64,000 nucleotides of DNA from Alphaproteobacteria bacterium (GCA_963555825.3 CAUVXB020000002.1:480001-544000); one strand, 5' to 3'; positions 10,567-22,627 are shown, counted from the first letter of the stretch. Numbers and translations: made by a program. Notes: a model not told the origin generated them from the sequence alone.

Positions 10567-12546
10567 ATGAACATCGTTGAGACCCTGCCGCACGCCGTCC
10601 GCGTCATCGACAACGCGTGGCTCCCGCTCGCCGACGGCACGCGGCTCGCGGCGCGGCTCTGGCGGCCCGACGACGCCGAGCGGAAACCGGTGCCGGCGAT
10701 CCTCGAATACATCCCCTACCGCAAGGCCGACCAGACGGTCTACCGCGACGCGATAAACCACGGCTATCTGGCGGGCCACGGCTATGCCTGCGTCCGCGTC
10801 GACATGCGCGACTCCGGCGATTCGGACGGCGTGCTGCCCGGCCGCCCGGCGGGCCAGCAGGAGGACGACGGCGAGCAGGTCTTGCGCTGGATCGCCGCGC
10901 AGCCCTGGTGCGACGGCCGGGTCGGCATGATGGGCCTGTCGTGGGGCGCCGCGGCAGCGCTCGCGCTCGCCGCGCGCCGCCCGGCCGAACTCGGCGCCGC
11001 GCTGGTCGTCTGCCCGCCCGGTGGCTCGACGCGCTATCACAAGAACGGCTGCCTCATTGCCGGCAATCTCGGCATCATGTCGGTGCTGGTCGCCTATCAC
11101 GCGCGGCCGCCCGACCCGGCGGTCGTCGGCGATGTCTGGCGCGAGACCTGGGCGGCCCGGCTCGACGCCGCCGAGCACGCCTTCGCCGACCCGGCGGCGC
11201 TGATGGCCGGCGGCTCGACCGTGGTCGGCGCGTTCGACGAATACCGGCGCATATCCTGCCCGCTCTACGCCATCGGCGGCTGGTGCGACACCCATCCGGA
11301 CCTCGTGCTCGACCTGCTCGGGGCGCTCGATGGACCACGGAAAGGACTGATCGGCCCCTGGGCACATGTCTACCCGCATCTCGGCGGACCCGGGCCGAAG
11401 CTCGGCTTCCTCCAAGAAGTCCGGCGCTGGTTCGACCACTGGCTCAAGGGCGTCGATGCCGGCGTCATGGACGAGCCCATGCTGCGCGTCTGGATGCCCG
11501 AGAGCGCGCCGCCCCGGCCCTACCACGAGGAACGCCCCGGCCGCTGGGTCGCCGAGACATCCTGGCCATCGCCCGATGTCGCGATCCGCGCGTTAGCGGT
11601 GACCGCCGCCGGGCTTGCCGATGCCGCTGGTGCCGACACCCATCTGACGCTGCGCTCGCCGCAAACCGTCGGCGCCGCGTCGGGGGTGTGGATGCCCTAC
11701 ATGGCTTACGGCCCGGCCGCCGAGCTGCCCGGCGACCAGCGCATCGACGACGCCGGTTCGCTGGTCTTCGACTCGGCGCCGCTCGCCGAGCCGATCGAGA
11801 TGCTGGGCATCGCCCAGGCCACGCTCGAGGTCGCCGCCGACCGGCCCCGCACACTGGTCGCCGTGCGCCTGTGCGACGTCGCGCCGGATGGTGCCTCGGC
11901 GCGTGTCGCCTGGGGCATGCAAGCGCTCGACAACGGACCAGGCCGGCGCCATCGGATCACCGTTTCGATGTCGGCGACGGCGCACGCCTTCCCGGCCGGC
12001 CACCGCATCCGCCTGGCCGTCTCGACGAGCTACTGGCCGCTCATCTGGCCGGCCCCCGAGGCGGCGACGCTCAGCCTCTACACCGGCACGAGCCGCCTCG
12101 CGCTGCCGGTCCGCGCGCCGCGCGACGACGACGCCGAGCTGCGCCCTTTCGGCCCCGCCGAGGGCGCCGCACCACCAGCCCTGAGCCAGCCGCGGCCGGC
12201 CCATCACGAGCGCAGGCTGACGCACGACATCGCGACCGGCGAACAGGTCTTGAGCGATATCGAGGAGGGCGGTGTCATCCGGCTCGACGACTCGGGCCTC
12301 GAGATCAGCGCGTACGCCTCGCAGACCCACCGCATCGCCGCCGACGACCCGGCCACGGCCTCGGTCGCGCTGGTCTGGCGCGCCGGGCTCAGGCGCGGCG
12401 ACTGGCGCACGCTGGTCGAGACCCGCACCGAGGTCCGCGCCTCGGCCGACACGCTGCGCATCGACCTCGCCTTCGAGGCCACGGAGGGCGGCCGCCCGGT
12501 GCGCCAGCGCCGTTGGGAGCACCTCGTCCCGCGCGACCCGACTTAG
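10567..12546 (+). CDS. CocE/NonD family hydrolase
   Basis: ILEYIPYRK, G.SWG nucleophile elbow, GPWAH, PepX-like C-terminal domain. Confidence 0.9.
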   Translation: MNIVETLPHAVRVIDNAWLPLADGTRLAARLWRPDDAERKPVPAILEYIPYRKADQTVYRDAINHGYLAGHGYACVRVDMRDSGDSDGVLPGRPAGQQEDDGEQVLRWIAAQPWCDGRVGMMGLSWGAAAALALAARRPAELGAALVVCPPGGSTRYHKNGCLIAGNLGIMSVLVAYHARPPDPAVVGDVWRETWAARLDAAEHAFADPAALMAGGSTVVGAFDEYRRISCPLYAIGGWCDTHPDLVLDLLGALDGPRKGLIGPWAHVYPHLGGPGPKLGFLQEVRRWFDHWLKGVDAGVMDEPMLRVWMPESAPPRPYHEERPGRWVAETSWPSPDVAIRALAVTAAGLADAAGADTHLTLRSPQTVGAASGVWMPYMAYGPAAELPGDQRIDDAGSLVFDSAPLAEPIEMLGIAQATLEVAADRPRTLVAVRLCDVAPDGASARVAWGMQALDNGPGRRHRITVSMSATAHAFPAGHRIRLAVSTSYWPLIWPAPEAATLSLYTGTSRLALPVRAPRDDDAELRPFGPAEGAAPPALSQPRPAHHERRLTHDIATGEQVLSDIEEGGVIRLDDSGLEISAYASQTHRIAADDPATASVALVWRAGLRRGDWRTLVETRTEVRASADTLRIDLAFEATEGGRPVRQRRWEHLVPRDPT

Positions 12547-12600
12547 TCCCGCGCGACCCGACCTAGTCCCGCGCGACCCGACTTGGTCCCGCGCGACCCT
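12521..12600 (+). repeat. 20-bp tandem repeat x4 spanning the CocE stop codon
   Basis: AC(C/T)T(C/A/G)GTCCCGCGCGACCC(G/T) units at 12521, 12541, 12561 and 12581. Confidence 0.95.
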
Positions 12601-12684
12601 ATGTAGGCCAACGGCGTCGAGACGTAGGCAATCGGCGTCGAGCGCCAGCGCCAGCCTCGAACCGACCAGCACTCAATCCATAAT

Positions 12685-12751
12685 GGGGTCAGACACCATT
12701 ATGGTCGCTTTATATCATTTAGAAACAACACCATAAATGGTGTCTGACACC
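12685..12751. repeat. REP-like inverted pair (GGTGTCAGACACC type)
   Basis: GGGGTCAGACACCATTATGGT ... ACCATAAATGGTGTCTGACACC; a single copy also at 29097-29109. Confidence 0.75.
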
Positions 12752-12879
12752 GCAGAACTCGACCGCACCGCAGCGCCCGACCACAGTGCGCCACCGTCGC
12801 ACCGACCCTAACACCAGCCGTATCACCGCAACATCCACCGTACTTTCACACCGCGCGTTCTGGGTGAACACTCCTTACA

Positions 12880-12909
12880 ATATTTTTAGTAAATTTTTAC
12901 TAAAAATAT
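12880..12909. promoter_or_regulatory. Perfect AT-rich palindrome, operator-like
   Basis: ATATTTTTAGTAAA-TT-TTTACTAAAAATAT (14-bp arms). Confidence 0.5.
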
Positions 12910-12944
12910 AGTTCATTTTGACACCGGGATTGGATCGGGGGTGG

Positions 12945-13085
12945 CGGCGATCGGCGATCGGCGATCGGCGACGGCGGGCGGCGGGCGGCGGGCGGCGGGC
13001 GCCTGGTCGGCGACGGCGGGCGCCTAGGCGGCGACGGCGGGCGGCGGACGGCGGGCGTCCAGTCGGCGACGGCGGGCGGCGCGCG
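12945..13085. repeat. Degenerate heptamer tandem repeat (GGCGATC/GGCGGGC)
   Basis: Visible directly downstream of the MFS stop codon. Confidence 0.8.
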
Positions 13086-13086
13086 T

Positions 13087-14304
13087 CTATTCGGCGGGCG
13101 TCGGGACCGCCGCGCCGCGCAGGCCCAGCACCACCTCGTTGCCCGGCTCGGGGCGGGCCGGCACGTTGAACGAGAGCGCCAGCGACACCGCGGCGAGCGC
13201 CGCGCCGGCAAGAAAGACGGCGGCTGGCGAGACCAGCCACAGCAGGCCGAACGACGCCGGCACGATGACCGCGGCGGTGTGGTCGATCGAGAACGAGACG
13301 CCCGCGGTCGAGGCGATGTCGGCGCGATCGGCGATCTTCTGGAAATAGGTCGTCAGCGCGATGGCAAGCGCGAAGAACAGATGGTCGACGACGTAGAGCG
13401 CCGCCGCCAGCCCGGCGTGCTCGACGAAGGCGTAGCCGGTGAACACGAACACCAATCCGCCGTACTCGAAGATCAAGGCGCGGCGCTCGCCCCAGCGCGC
13501 GATCAACCGCCCGACGCGTGGCGCGAGCCACATGTTGATCGTCGCGTTGAGCAGGAACAAGAGCGAGATCTCGCCCACGCTGTAGCCGAACTTCTCGACC
13601 ATCAGGAATCCGGCGAAGACGACGAAGATCTGCCGCCGGGCGCCCGACAGGAAGGTCAGCAGGTAATAGAGCCAGTAGCGCTTGCGCAGCACCATGCGGC
13701 GGCGCTGCTCGACCGCCGCCGGGAAGCGCGGGAAGACCAGCCAGCCGACCGCGACGACGGCCACCGTCACGCCGCCACCGATCATGTAGACCCAGCGAAA
13801 ATCCAGCCGGGCGGTGTCGAAGGCGAGCCAGATCAGCCCGAAGGCGACGATCGAGGTCGCCGAGCCGACCGCGATCAGGCGGCCGAGCATGACGGCCGTG
13901 CGGTCCGTCTCGGTCCACTGCAGCGCGAGCGACATCTCGACCGTGGCGTAGTAGTGGTAGCCGAGCGACATCACGATGGTCGTGAACCACAGCCCGAGCA
14001 CGGACGGGAACCAGCCGGTCAGCGCCGTGCCGATGCCGAGCAAGAGCAATGCAACCAAGGCCAAGGTCTGCTCGCGCAGCACGATCAGCAGGAACACCAC
14101 GGCGAAGGCGAGGAAGCCGGGCACCTCGCGCAGGCTCTGCAGCACGCCCATGTCGGCGCCCGAGAACGCCGCCCGCTCGATCGCGAAGTTGTTGAGCAAC
14201 GCCTGCCAGGTGGCGAAGCTCATCGGCACCGCGCCGGCCATCAGGAACAGCAACACCTCGGGCCGCCGCCAGCCGCCGTCGATGAATGCGCGGATTTCGG
14301 ACAT
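13087..14304 (-). CDS. MFS transporter
   Basis: About 12 hydrophobic segments; QSLREVPGFLAF, FLSGARRQIF. Confidence 0.9.
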   Translation of the reverse strand: MSEIRAFIDGGWRRPEVLLFLMAGAVPMSFATWQALLNNFAIERAAFSGADMGVLQSLREVPGFLAFAVVFLLIVLREQTLALVALLLLGIGTALTGWFPSVLGLWFTTIVMSLGYHYYATVEMSLALQWTETDRTAVMLGRLIAVGSATSIVAFGLIWLAFDTARLDFRWVYMIGGGVTVAVVAVGWLVFPRFPAAVEQRRRMVLRKRYWLYYLLTFLSGARRQIFVVFAGFLMVEKFGYSVGEISLLFLLNATINMWLAPRVGRLIARWGERRALIFEYGGLVFVFTGYAFVEHAGLAAALYVVDHLFFALAIALTTYFQKIADRADIASTAGVSFSIDHTAAVIVPASFGLLWLVSPAAVFLAGAALAAVSLALSFNVPARPEPGNEVVLGLRGAAVPTPAE

Positions 14305-14462
14305 GGGGGAGTGTTTAGCGGGCTATGCGTCGGAAGGCGAGCGAGTCGTTACGCACGAAGGCATTGTTCGCCTTCGCCAGCAGTGCCTCGGGAAAGTTCG
14401 GATCGATCGCGGGGCCAGTAAGATCGATAACGTCGGGTCCGGATTCTGAAATTCTCAATCGA

Positions 14463-16744
14463 TCACTTCATCAGCCTGAGCTTGGCAAGTGGATTGCCAA
14501 CCGCCAGTGCGCGTTCATACCAACGTTGCGCCTCGTCTTTATCGACGTCCACGCCACGTCCGTTCTCATAGGCTTCACCGAAAACACGCTATATATCCGG
14601 AGATGGAAGGAGGCAATTCTTCAAACTCGCCCATCTCGATGAGTTTCCTGAAATATCCCAACGCTTCTTCGTCGTTCTGCTCACCCAACACGCCTGTCCA
14701 CAACACGGTCCCTGCCACATGCAGACCACGTACATTGTTTTGCGCAGCCGATTTTCTGAACCAGAGCAATGCAGCCTGCGGGTCTTTCTCTCCGAACCAG
14801 CCATTCTTGAATGCGCTGCCAAGAAGGAACTGTGCATCTGAGTCTTCTGCTTCCACCGCCCTATTCAGCCAATACTGCGCCAGTTTGAAATTCTGCGCAG
14901 TGAGTCGGACCCGATTTCCTTGGACACAGAATTGGCTTAATCGAAGTGTCCAAGGAGGACCGGAACATGACCGACAATTTTGAGAACAAAGTTGCTGTTG
15001 ATGGGCCTGTGGTAAACGAGGGCGAGCTTGGCTCGTCCACGTTTTCCCCGGGCCAGGTTTCGCCGGCAGGCCCGCTGGGACTTGGCCAGCGGTGGACGGT
15101 GACGCGCAAGCGTGAGGTTGCCCTGCGGCTTTTGCGTGGCGAGCCGGTGGAACTTTTGTCGCGGCAGTTGGGCGTGGAGATTTTCCGGCTCGAGCAGTGG
15201 CGTGAGAAGGCGATCGCCGGGATCGATGCCTCGCTCAAGGAACGCAAGGGCGATCCGGTGAAGGCGGAACTGGACATCGCCATGAAGCGGATCGGGGAGT
15301 TGATCATGCAGGTGGAACTGCTGGAGGCCAAGACGGAGACGTCCGGCCCTTTGGGGCGGCGGAGGTCGCGGCGATGAGTGCCGCCACCTCTCCCGGCACG
15401 GGTTTGGCCTACGGCCTCCAGCGGGTCTGTGCGGCCTGGGGTTTTGCCCGTTCCTCGTTCTACGCCATGAAATCCCGGCAGCAGGCCACCGCTGAGCGCC
15501 CACCAGCAAAGCGCCGGGGACCGAAGCCCTCGATCTCGGACGAGGCTCTGCTGGTGGCCATCGAGGCCGACCTGGAGGCATCCCCCTGGGAGGGCGAGGG
15601 ACACCGCAAGGTCTGGGCTCGGCTTCGGGTCTGTCGTGGCATCCGTGTTTCCCGCAAGCGGGGGCTCCGGGTGATGCGCGAGAACAACCTGCTCTCGCCC
15701 CATCGCTGCCGCCGCCGTGGCGGAAATCCCCATGTCGGTGAGATCATCACCCATGCCCCCAACCTCATGTGGGGCACGGACGGCGTTCGGGTGTTCACGG
15801 TGGACGACGGCTGGGGCTGGATATTCACCGCCATCGAGCATTGGAACGCCGAGTGCGTCGGCTGGCATGTGTGCAAGCGAGGCGACCGCTTCGCCGCCCT
15901 TCAGCCGATCTCCATGGGGCTTGCGAGGCTGTATGCCTCGACCTCCGCCGGTGCGGCGCGGGGGCTGGCCTTGCGGATGGATCACGGCTCCCAGTATCTG
16001 TCGGACCACTTCACCAACCAGATCAAGTTCTGGGGCATCCAGCCGTCCTACGCCTTCGTCGAACAGCCCCAGACCAACGGCGTCGCCGAGAGGTTCAATC
16101 GCACGCTCAAGGAACAGATCATCCATGGCCGCATCTACCGCAACATCGCGGAGCTGCGGAACGCCGTCCGCGGGTTCGTCGAACAGTACAATGCCCAGTG
16201 GATCGTGGAGAAGAACGGCTACCTGAGCCCCGCTCAAGCTCGTCAGGCGTGGCACACCGCGATGTCACTCAGGCCCGCCGCATGAGACAAACTTGTGTCC
16301 AAGGAACCGGGTGCGATACATGATTATTTTCTGCTGCAGATAAGTATAATTTTCCCAGTGACAATTCGGGTCTACTGGCCTGCCCCTTTTCCAGCATTTC
16401 CGCGAGTTCGAACTCAGCTGCCGGGTAACCGTCTTGCACCGCTCTCTCAAGGAGATCTGCGGCTTGTTCGAACGAGCCTTGCGCGCGATAGATTCGGCCT
16501 AGCTGGAAAATGACCCGTGGATTCGTCACTTCGTCTTCGAGCGCCTCCTCACAAACAACTTGTGCCTGCGCTACGTCTAGCCTCGAGGTGGCCACCCCCT
16601 CGGCAGTTCTGTACGGATCGTCCGGGTGCGCCGCGAGTTTGTCGCATTTCGCAATGCCGTCAGTTCGGCAGCGAAAACGGGCTGCCCGGGGACCAAAATG
16701 AACAAGCCAATAACCAATAGGCTGAGAGATTGTAACTGTTTCAT
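14463..16744 (-). pseudogene. Secreted Sel1-repeat protein, IS-interrupted and frameshifted
   Basis: Signal peptide (MKQLQSL...), CDKLAAHPDDP motif, Sel1 repeats on both sides of the IS; frame changes near 16655 and 14580. Confidence 0.8.
14901..16320 (+). mobile_element. IS3-like insertion sequence, copy 1 (orfA ~14967-15377, orfB integrase 15374-16285)
   Basis: TG...CA ends; IRs TGAGTCGGACCCGATTTCCTTGGACACA / TGTGTCCAAGGAACCGGGTGCGATACA; DDE core (WGTD, DHGSQY, AERFNRTLKE); no TSD. Confidence 0.92.
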
Positions 16745-17008
16745 CCGACTGAACATCCGAATCGCGATAACCATTTGACTCACCCAGTAGGAGCCGGTCG
16801 CGGCGTTTCTATCCACCCGGCGCCGGCGAAAGTCGTGGTCGAAGACGCGGCCCGGCACAGGAAGTTGCGAAAGGCGTGCACGGCACGAAAGATCACCGCC
16901 AACGAAGCCAAGCACGACCGAACCGGCCCGCGCGCAGAACCGGCCCGTGGGACCACAGAGAAGAGCGCGTTCGCAGTGTTCTAAACTCGCGGTTCATCGC
17001 CGGTGCAT

Positions 17009-17311
17009 CTATTTCTTCGTGATATCCCGTCGTTGACTTCCACATGTCGGCAAACTCGAACGTCGGCCGCCACCGGTCTCTGGCAGACTCGATTTTTGCC
17101 GTGCCCGCCCTTTCTTTCTGCGATGCAAGAAAACGAACACGACGACAACGATAACCAGAACAATATAAAAAATTGCCGATGCCTCTTTCCAATATATATA
17201 ATCAGAAAAAAGATAATTAAAAATAAACAAAGGAATAAGCATCACACCTACGGCGACAACAACTAGAATCGGATAAACTGTTATCTTTACAAGCGCGATG
17301 AAAAGACTGAC
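17009..17311 (-). pseudogene. AT-rich membrane protein fragment, 5' end removed by IS
   Basis: Two hydrophobic segments; the ORF runs into the IS end. Confidence 0.55.
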
Positions 17312-18731
17312 TGAGTCGGACCCGATTTCCTTGGACACAGAATTGGCTTAATCGAAGTGTCCAAGGAGGACCGGAACATGACCGACAATTTTGAGAACAA
17401 AGTTGCTGTTGATGGGCCTGTGGTAAACGAGGGCGAGCTTGGCTCGTCCACGTTTTCCCCGGGCCAGGTTTCGCCGGCAGGCCCGCTGGGACTTGGCCAG
17501 CGGTGGACGGTGACGCGCAAGCGTGAGGTTGCCCTGCGGCTTTTGCGTGGCGAGCCGGTGGAACTTTTGTCGCGGCAGTTGGGCGTGGAGATTTTCCGGC
17601 TCGAGCAGTGGCGTGAGAAGGCGATCGCCGGGATCGATGCCTCGCTCAAGGAACGCAAGGGCGATCCGGTGAAGGCGGAACTGGACATCGCCATGAAGCG
17701 GATCGGGGAGTTGATCATGCAGGTGGAACTGCTGGAGGCCAAGACGGAGACGTCCGGCCCTTTGGGGCGGCGGAGGTCGCGGCGATGAGTGCCGCCACCT
17801 CTCCCGGCACGGGTTTGGCCTACGGCCTCCAGCGGGTCTGTGCGGCCTGGGGTTTTGCCCGTTCCTCGTTCTACGCCATGAAATCCCGGCAGCAGGCCAC
17901 CGCTGAGCGCCCACCAGCAAAGCGCCGGGGACCGAAGCCCTCGATCTCGGACGAGGCTCTGCTGGTGGCCATCGAGGCCGACCTGGAGGCATCCCCCTGG
18001 GAGGGCGAGGGACACCGCAAGGTCTGGGCTCGGCTTCGGGTCTGTCGTGGCATCCGTGTTTCCCGCAAGCGGGGGCTCCGGGTGATGCGCGAGAACAACC
18101 TGCTCTCGCCCCATCGCTGCCGCCGCCGTGGCGGAAATCCCCATGTCGGTGAGATCATCACCCATGCCCCCAACCTCATGTGGGGCACGGACGGCGTTCG
18201 GGTGTTCACGGTGGACGACGGCTGGGGCTGGATATTCACCGCCATCGAGCATTGGAACGCCGAGTGCGTCGGCTGGCATGTGTGCAAGCGAGGCGACCGC
18301 TTCGCCGCCCTTCAGCCGATCTCCATGGGGCTTGCGAGGCTGTATGCCTCGACCTCCGCCGGTGCGGCGCGGGGGCTGGCCTTGCGGATGGATCACGGCT
18401 CCCAGTATCTGTCGGACCACTTCACCAACCAGATCAAGTTCTGGGGCATCCAGCCGTCCTACGCCTTCGTCGAACAGCCCCAGACCAACGGCGTCGCCGA
18501 GAGGTTCAATCGCACGCTCAAGGAACAGATCATCCATGGCCGCATCTACCGCAACATCGCGGAGCTGCGGAACGCCGTCCGCGGGTTCGTCGAACAGTAC
18601 AATGCCCAGTGGATCGTGGAGAAGAACGGCTACCTGAGCCCCGCTCAAGCTCGTCAGGCGTGGCACACCGCGATGTCACTCAGGCCCGCCGCATGAGACA
18701 AACTTGTGTCCAAGGAACCGGGTGCGATACA
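17312..18731 (+). mobile_element. IS3-like insertion sequence, copy 2
   Basis: Same ORF translations and IRs as copy 1; no TSD. Confidence 0.92.
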
Positions 18732-19090
18732 TCGGGTACGCCGGTCGAGGGTGTCTATGTCGGGATTTGGTATATATTTTTTGTCGGCCTCCCGATCTAT
18801 GGAATTCTTTATGTCGGGCTGAAGCTGCGCGAGTATCTGCGAGAGATCGAAGCCATACTTTTGAAACAGCAGACGTGATCTCGCTGGTCCCTGCCGAATT
18901 CCAGCATCATGAATGGTGAGGTGCATACGGGTCCGCTTCGTGCTTTCAAGCCACGTCAAATTGCAAACTGGGACCCTGCCGGATCGTGGCCCGTCTTGCG
19001 TTCCGCGAGCCGATTGAGCAGGATTGGCGGCAAGACGCCATCCGCCGTGACACGTCGGCGGTCGGCATAACCGACCATGGGAGGAACGAC

Positions 19091-20238
19091 ATGGAAACCA
19101 AACGTGACGTCGAACGCTTCATCGACGACTTCAAGATGCGCCGGCTCGACCGCCGCGACTTCACAGCAAGGGACTGGCCTCTGTCGGCCTGGTGACGATC
19201 GGCTCGTCGGTCCTGCCGCACCGCGCCACCGCGTCGCCCGACGAACAGCCGGTGTGCTTCACCTGGGGCGGCTACGAGGTGCCCGAGATGCACGGCGAGT
19301 ACATCACGAAATATGGCGAATCGCCGCGCTTCGCCCTGTGGGGCGACGAGGAGGAAGCCGAGGCCAAGATGGTCGCCGGCTTCCAGCCCGACGTCGCCAT
19401 GCCGTGCTCGTACAAGGTCCAGAAGTGGAACGACTACGGCTTCCTCGACGAGATCGACACCTCGCGGCTGAGCCACTGGCCCGACATCATCGAGCCCTTG
19501 AAGGGCGTTCCCGACATGGCGATCGACGGCAAGCGCCTGATGGTCTGCGCCTGGTGGGGGCTGACCTCGGTCACCTTCCGCACCGATCTGGCGCCCGAGT
19601 ACGTCGACCCGTCGACCCACACCTGGGGCATCCTGTGGGATCCCAAGTACGAGGGCCGGCTGTCGATGATCGACAGCCTGATCGACGGCGTCATGGTGGC
19701 GGCGATCTATTCCGGCGCCAAGGACCCGTTCAACATGACCCCCGACGAGGTCGCCAGAACCAAGGAGCTGATGGCCGAGCAGCGGCCGTTGCTGCGCTTC
19801 TACACCAACAGCGTCACCGAGTGGGAGCAGGCGCTCGCCTCGGGCGAGCTGGTCGCCGCGGCGTCGTGGAACAACACCATCACGACGCTCTCGAAGGACG
19901 GCCTGCCGGTCGCCTTCATGTTCCCCAAGGAGGGTCCAATGACCTGGACCTGCGGCATCGTCTTGATGAAGAACCGCGATGCCAACATGACCGACCGCGC
20001 CTACGACCTGATCAACGCGTTCATGAGCCCCGACACGGGCGAGTACTGGGTCATGGAGAACGGCATGGGCCATGCCAACAAGAAGACCTACGAGCGCATC
20101 TCGGACGACGACCTGATCATGCGCGGCCTGACGCCGGGCAACATCGAGGAATACATCGCCTCGGGCATCTTCCAGGCGACGATCCAGAACGAGCCCGAGC
20201 TGCAGGCCATGTACGAAGAGGTCAAGGCCGGCTTCTAG
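19091..20238 (+). CDS. Polyamine (PotD/PotF-like) ABC substrate-binding protein with Tat signal; frameshift near 19165
   Basis: GGGAGG RBS, then METKR...RRDF; body continues in another frame (SKGLASVGL...FTWGGY, TWGILWDPKYEGRLSM, PKEG.MTW). Confidence 0.8.
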
Positions 20239-20241
20239 GGC

Positions 20242-20417
20242 CTAGAGCATAGTCCGATCGATTGGAATCGGTCGGACTATGCCAGCCCGCGCCAGTCTTA
20301 ATGGGACAAGCGGGGGCCGCCGATCGTTCGGCCAGTCTTGATCCCATAAGAGTGGCAAGCGCGGCGATTGAGCGCAGGTCATCTTCACGAAGTGAAGGTG
20401 ACCGCACAATGCTTAAG
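20242..20417 (+). repeat. Most complete copy of the intergenic repeat (MITE-like)
   Basis: Imperfect terminal IRs TAGAGCATAGTCCGATC / GTGACCGCACAATGCTTA; five internal hairpins. Confidence 0.88.
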
Positions 20418-20437
20418 ACGACACGCTCTAGCTCGAC

Positions 20438-20471
20438 ACCCACGCGGCCCACGCCGCGGGGGTTTTTCTTT
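20438..20471 (+). terminator. Rho-independent terminator
   Basis: CGCGGC-CCAC-GCCGCG stem followed by TTTTTCTTT. Confidence 0.65.
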
Positions 20472-20492
20472 GGGCGCGGGGCGGGCGCGCCC

Positions 20493-21398
20493 TCAGCTCC
20501 CGGTCAGCCGCACTCCCTCGCCGAGCACGCGGGCGACGGTGGCGCCCATCTCCGACGGGCTCGGCGCGATGGTGACGCCGGCGTCCTCGAGGATGCGCAG
20601 CTTCTCGTCGGCGCTCTCGCCGAACGCCGAGATGATCGCGCCGGCGTGGCCCATGGTGCGGCCCTTGGGCGCCGAGAGGCCAGCGACGTAGGCGACCACC
20701 GGCTTGGACATGTGATCGCGGATGAACGCGGCGGCCTCGGCCTCCTGGGGGCCGCCGATCTCGCCGATCATCATGACGACTTGCGTTTCGCCGTCGGCCT
20801 CGAACAGCGCGAGCACGTCCTTGAACGACGAGCCGTTGATCGGGTCGCCGCCGATGCCGACGCTGGTCGAAACACCGATGCCGAGCGCCTTCATCTGCGC
20901 GGCGGCCTCATAGCCGAGCGTGCCCGAGCGGCCGACGATGCCGACCGGGCCGCGCGCATAGATATGCCCCGGCATGATGCCGGCGAGCGCCTGGCGCGGA
21001 CTGATCACGCCGGCGCAGTTTGGCCCGAGCAAGCACATGCGCCGTTCCGCCCGGTAGCGCCGCATATAGCGCTTGACCTGGATCATGTCCTGCGCCCGGA
21101 TGCCGTCGGTGATCGCGATGCACAGCCGAATGCCGGCGTCGGCCGCCTCCATGATCGCGTCGGCCGCGAAGGGCGGCGGCACGAAGACGACGCTGGCCAC
21201 AGCACCCGTCTCGGCGACCGCCGCCTTGACCGTGTCGAACACCGGCACGCCGGCCGCCGTGGCGCCGCCCTTGCCGGGCGTCACGCCGCCGACGACGCGC
21301 GTGCCATAGTCGGCCATCTCCCGGGCGTGGAAGGCGCCGATGCGCCCGGTGATGCCCTGGACGATGACGGCGGTGTCGCGGTCGAGAAGGATGCTCAT
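20493..21398 (-). CDS. mtkB: Malate--CoA ligase alpha subunit (SucD-like)
   Basis: [26 protein letters not shown] phospho-His; follows mtkA and sga. Confidence 0.8.
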   Translation of the reverse strand: MSILLDRDTAVIVQGITGRIGAFHAREMADYGTRVVGGVTPGKGGATAAGVPVFDTVKAAVAETGAVASVVFVPPPFAADAIMEAADAGIRLCIAITDGIRAQDMIQVKRYMRRYRAERRMCLLGPNCAGVISPRQALAGIMPGHIYARGPVGIVGRSGTLGYEAAAQMKALGIGVSTSVGIGGDPINGSSFKDVLALFEADGETQVVMMIGEIGGPQEAEAAAFIRDHMSKPVVAYVAGLSAPKGRTMGHAGAIISAFGESADEKLRILEDAGVTIAPSPSEMGATVARVLGEGVRLTGS

Positions 21399-22594
21399 GA
21401 CGCGGGCCCTCCGGCGGTTGGGGTTGCACGGGCCGCCCGCCACGCCGCGACCGAGCATTCGGCCGCCTCGGCGAGTGTCGCGGCAGGCACGATGTCGAGC
21501 CCCGAGTCGGCCAGGATGCGGCGGCCCTGCTCGACGTTGGTGCCGGCCAGGCGGACCACCAGGGGCACCTCGACCGGCGATGTCTCGAGCGCCTGGACGA
21601 TGCCCTCGGCGACCCAGTCGCAGCGGTTGATGCCGGCGAAGATGTTGACCAGGATCGCCTCGACGCCTTCGTCGGCGGCGACCAGACGGACCGCCTTGGC
21701 GACGCGTTCGGGCGTCGCGCCGCCGCCGATGTCGAGGAAGTTGGCGGGCTTTCCGCCGGCCTTCTCGATCATATCCATGGTCGCCATCGCGAGGCCCGCG
21801 CCGTTGACCACGCAGCCGATCCGGCCGTCGAGCCCGACGTAGGCGAGGCCGCGGTCCGAGGCGCGGGTCTCGCGCGGGTCCTCCTGCGACTTGTCGCGCA
21901 GCTCGGAGATCTCGGGCCGGCGGTAGAGCGCGTTGTCGTCGAAGGTCATCTTGGCGTCGAGCGCGACCAGCGCGCCATCGGCGGTCAGCGTCAGCGGGTT
22001 GATCTCGACCATCGTCGCGTCGAGCTCGCGGAACGCCCGGTAGCAGCCCAGGAAGGTCTCGACCGCTTGGGGAATGACCGCCGGATCGAAGCCGAGCGCG
22101 AAGGCGATCTCGCGCGCCTGGAAGGCGGGCATGCCGACGGCGGGCTCGACCGAGGTGCGGATGATCGTCTCGGGCGCTTGCGCGGCGATCCCCTCGATCT
22201 CCATGCCACCGGCCGACGAGGCGACGACCATGACGCGCTCGGTCTTGCGGTCGAGCACGAAGGCGACGTAGACCTCGCGCACGAACGGCACGGCGGCCTC
22301 GACCGAGAGCCGGTAGACGACGCGCCCGCGCGCGCCGGTCTGCTCGTTGACCAGCCGCTTGCCGAGCAGTTCGTCGGCCGCGTCCCACACCGCGTGCTCT
22401 GACTCGCACTTGATGATGCCGCCCGCCTTGCCGCGGCCGCCGGCGTGCACCTGGGCCTTGACGACCCAGCGGTTGCCGCCGATCTCGCGCGCCCGGTAGG
22501 CGGCCTGCTCGGGGCTGTAGGCGAGGCCGCGGCGCGGCACGGCGACGCCGAAGCCGGCCAGCAAGTCCTTGGCTTGGTACTCGTGAATATCCAT
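21395..22594 (-). CDS. mtkA: Malate--CoA ligase beta subunit (SucC-like)
   Basis: [40 protein letters not shown] (Mtk-type signature). Confidence 0.85.
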   Translation of the reverse strand: MDIHEYQAKDLLAGFGVAVPRRGLAYSPEQAAYRAREIGGNRWVVKAQVHAGGRGKAGGIIKCESEHAVWDAADELLGKRLVNEQTGARGRVVYRLSVEAAVPFVREVYVAFVLDRKTERVMVVASSAGGMEIEGIAAQAPETIIRTSVEPAVGMPAFQAREIAFALGFDPAVIPQAVETFLGCYRAFRELDATMVEINPLTLTADGALVALDAKMTFDDNALYRRPEISELRDKSQEDPRETRASDRGLAYVGLDGRIGCVVNGAGLAMATMDMIEKAGGKPANFLDIGGGATPERVAKAVRLVAADEGVEAILVNIFAGINRCDWVAEGIVQALETSPVEVPLVVRLAGTNVEQGRRILADSGLDIVPAATLAEAAECSVAAWRAARATPTAGGPAS

Positions 22595-22627
22595 GATTCC
22601 CCTCCTGGTCCCGCGGCCGCTTGGCCG

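Noticed and set aside
12521-12600. Possible CRISPR array
   Set aside because: Units are contiguous with no spacers, and there are no cas genes in the window.
14881-14893. CAGTTTGAAATTC as another island-end motif
   Set aside because: Lies inside the Sel1 coding frame and lacks the 5' half of the motif.
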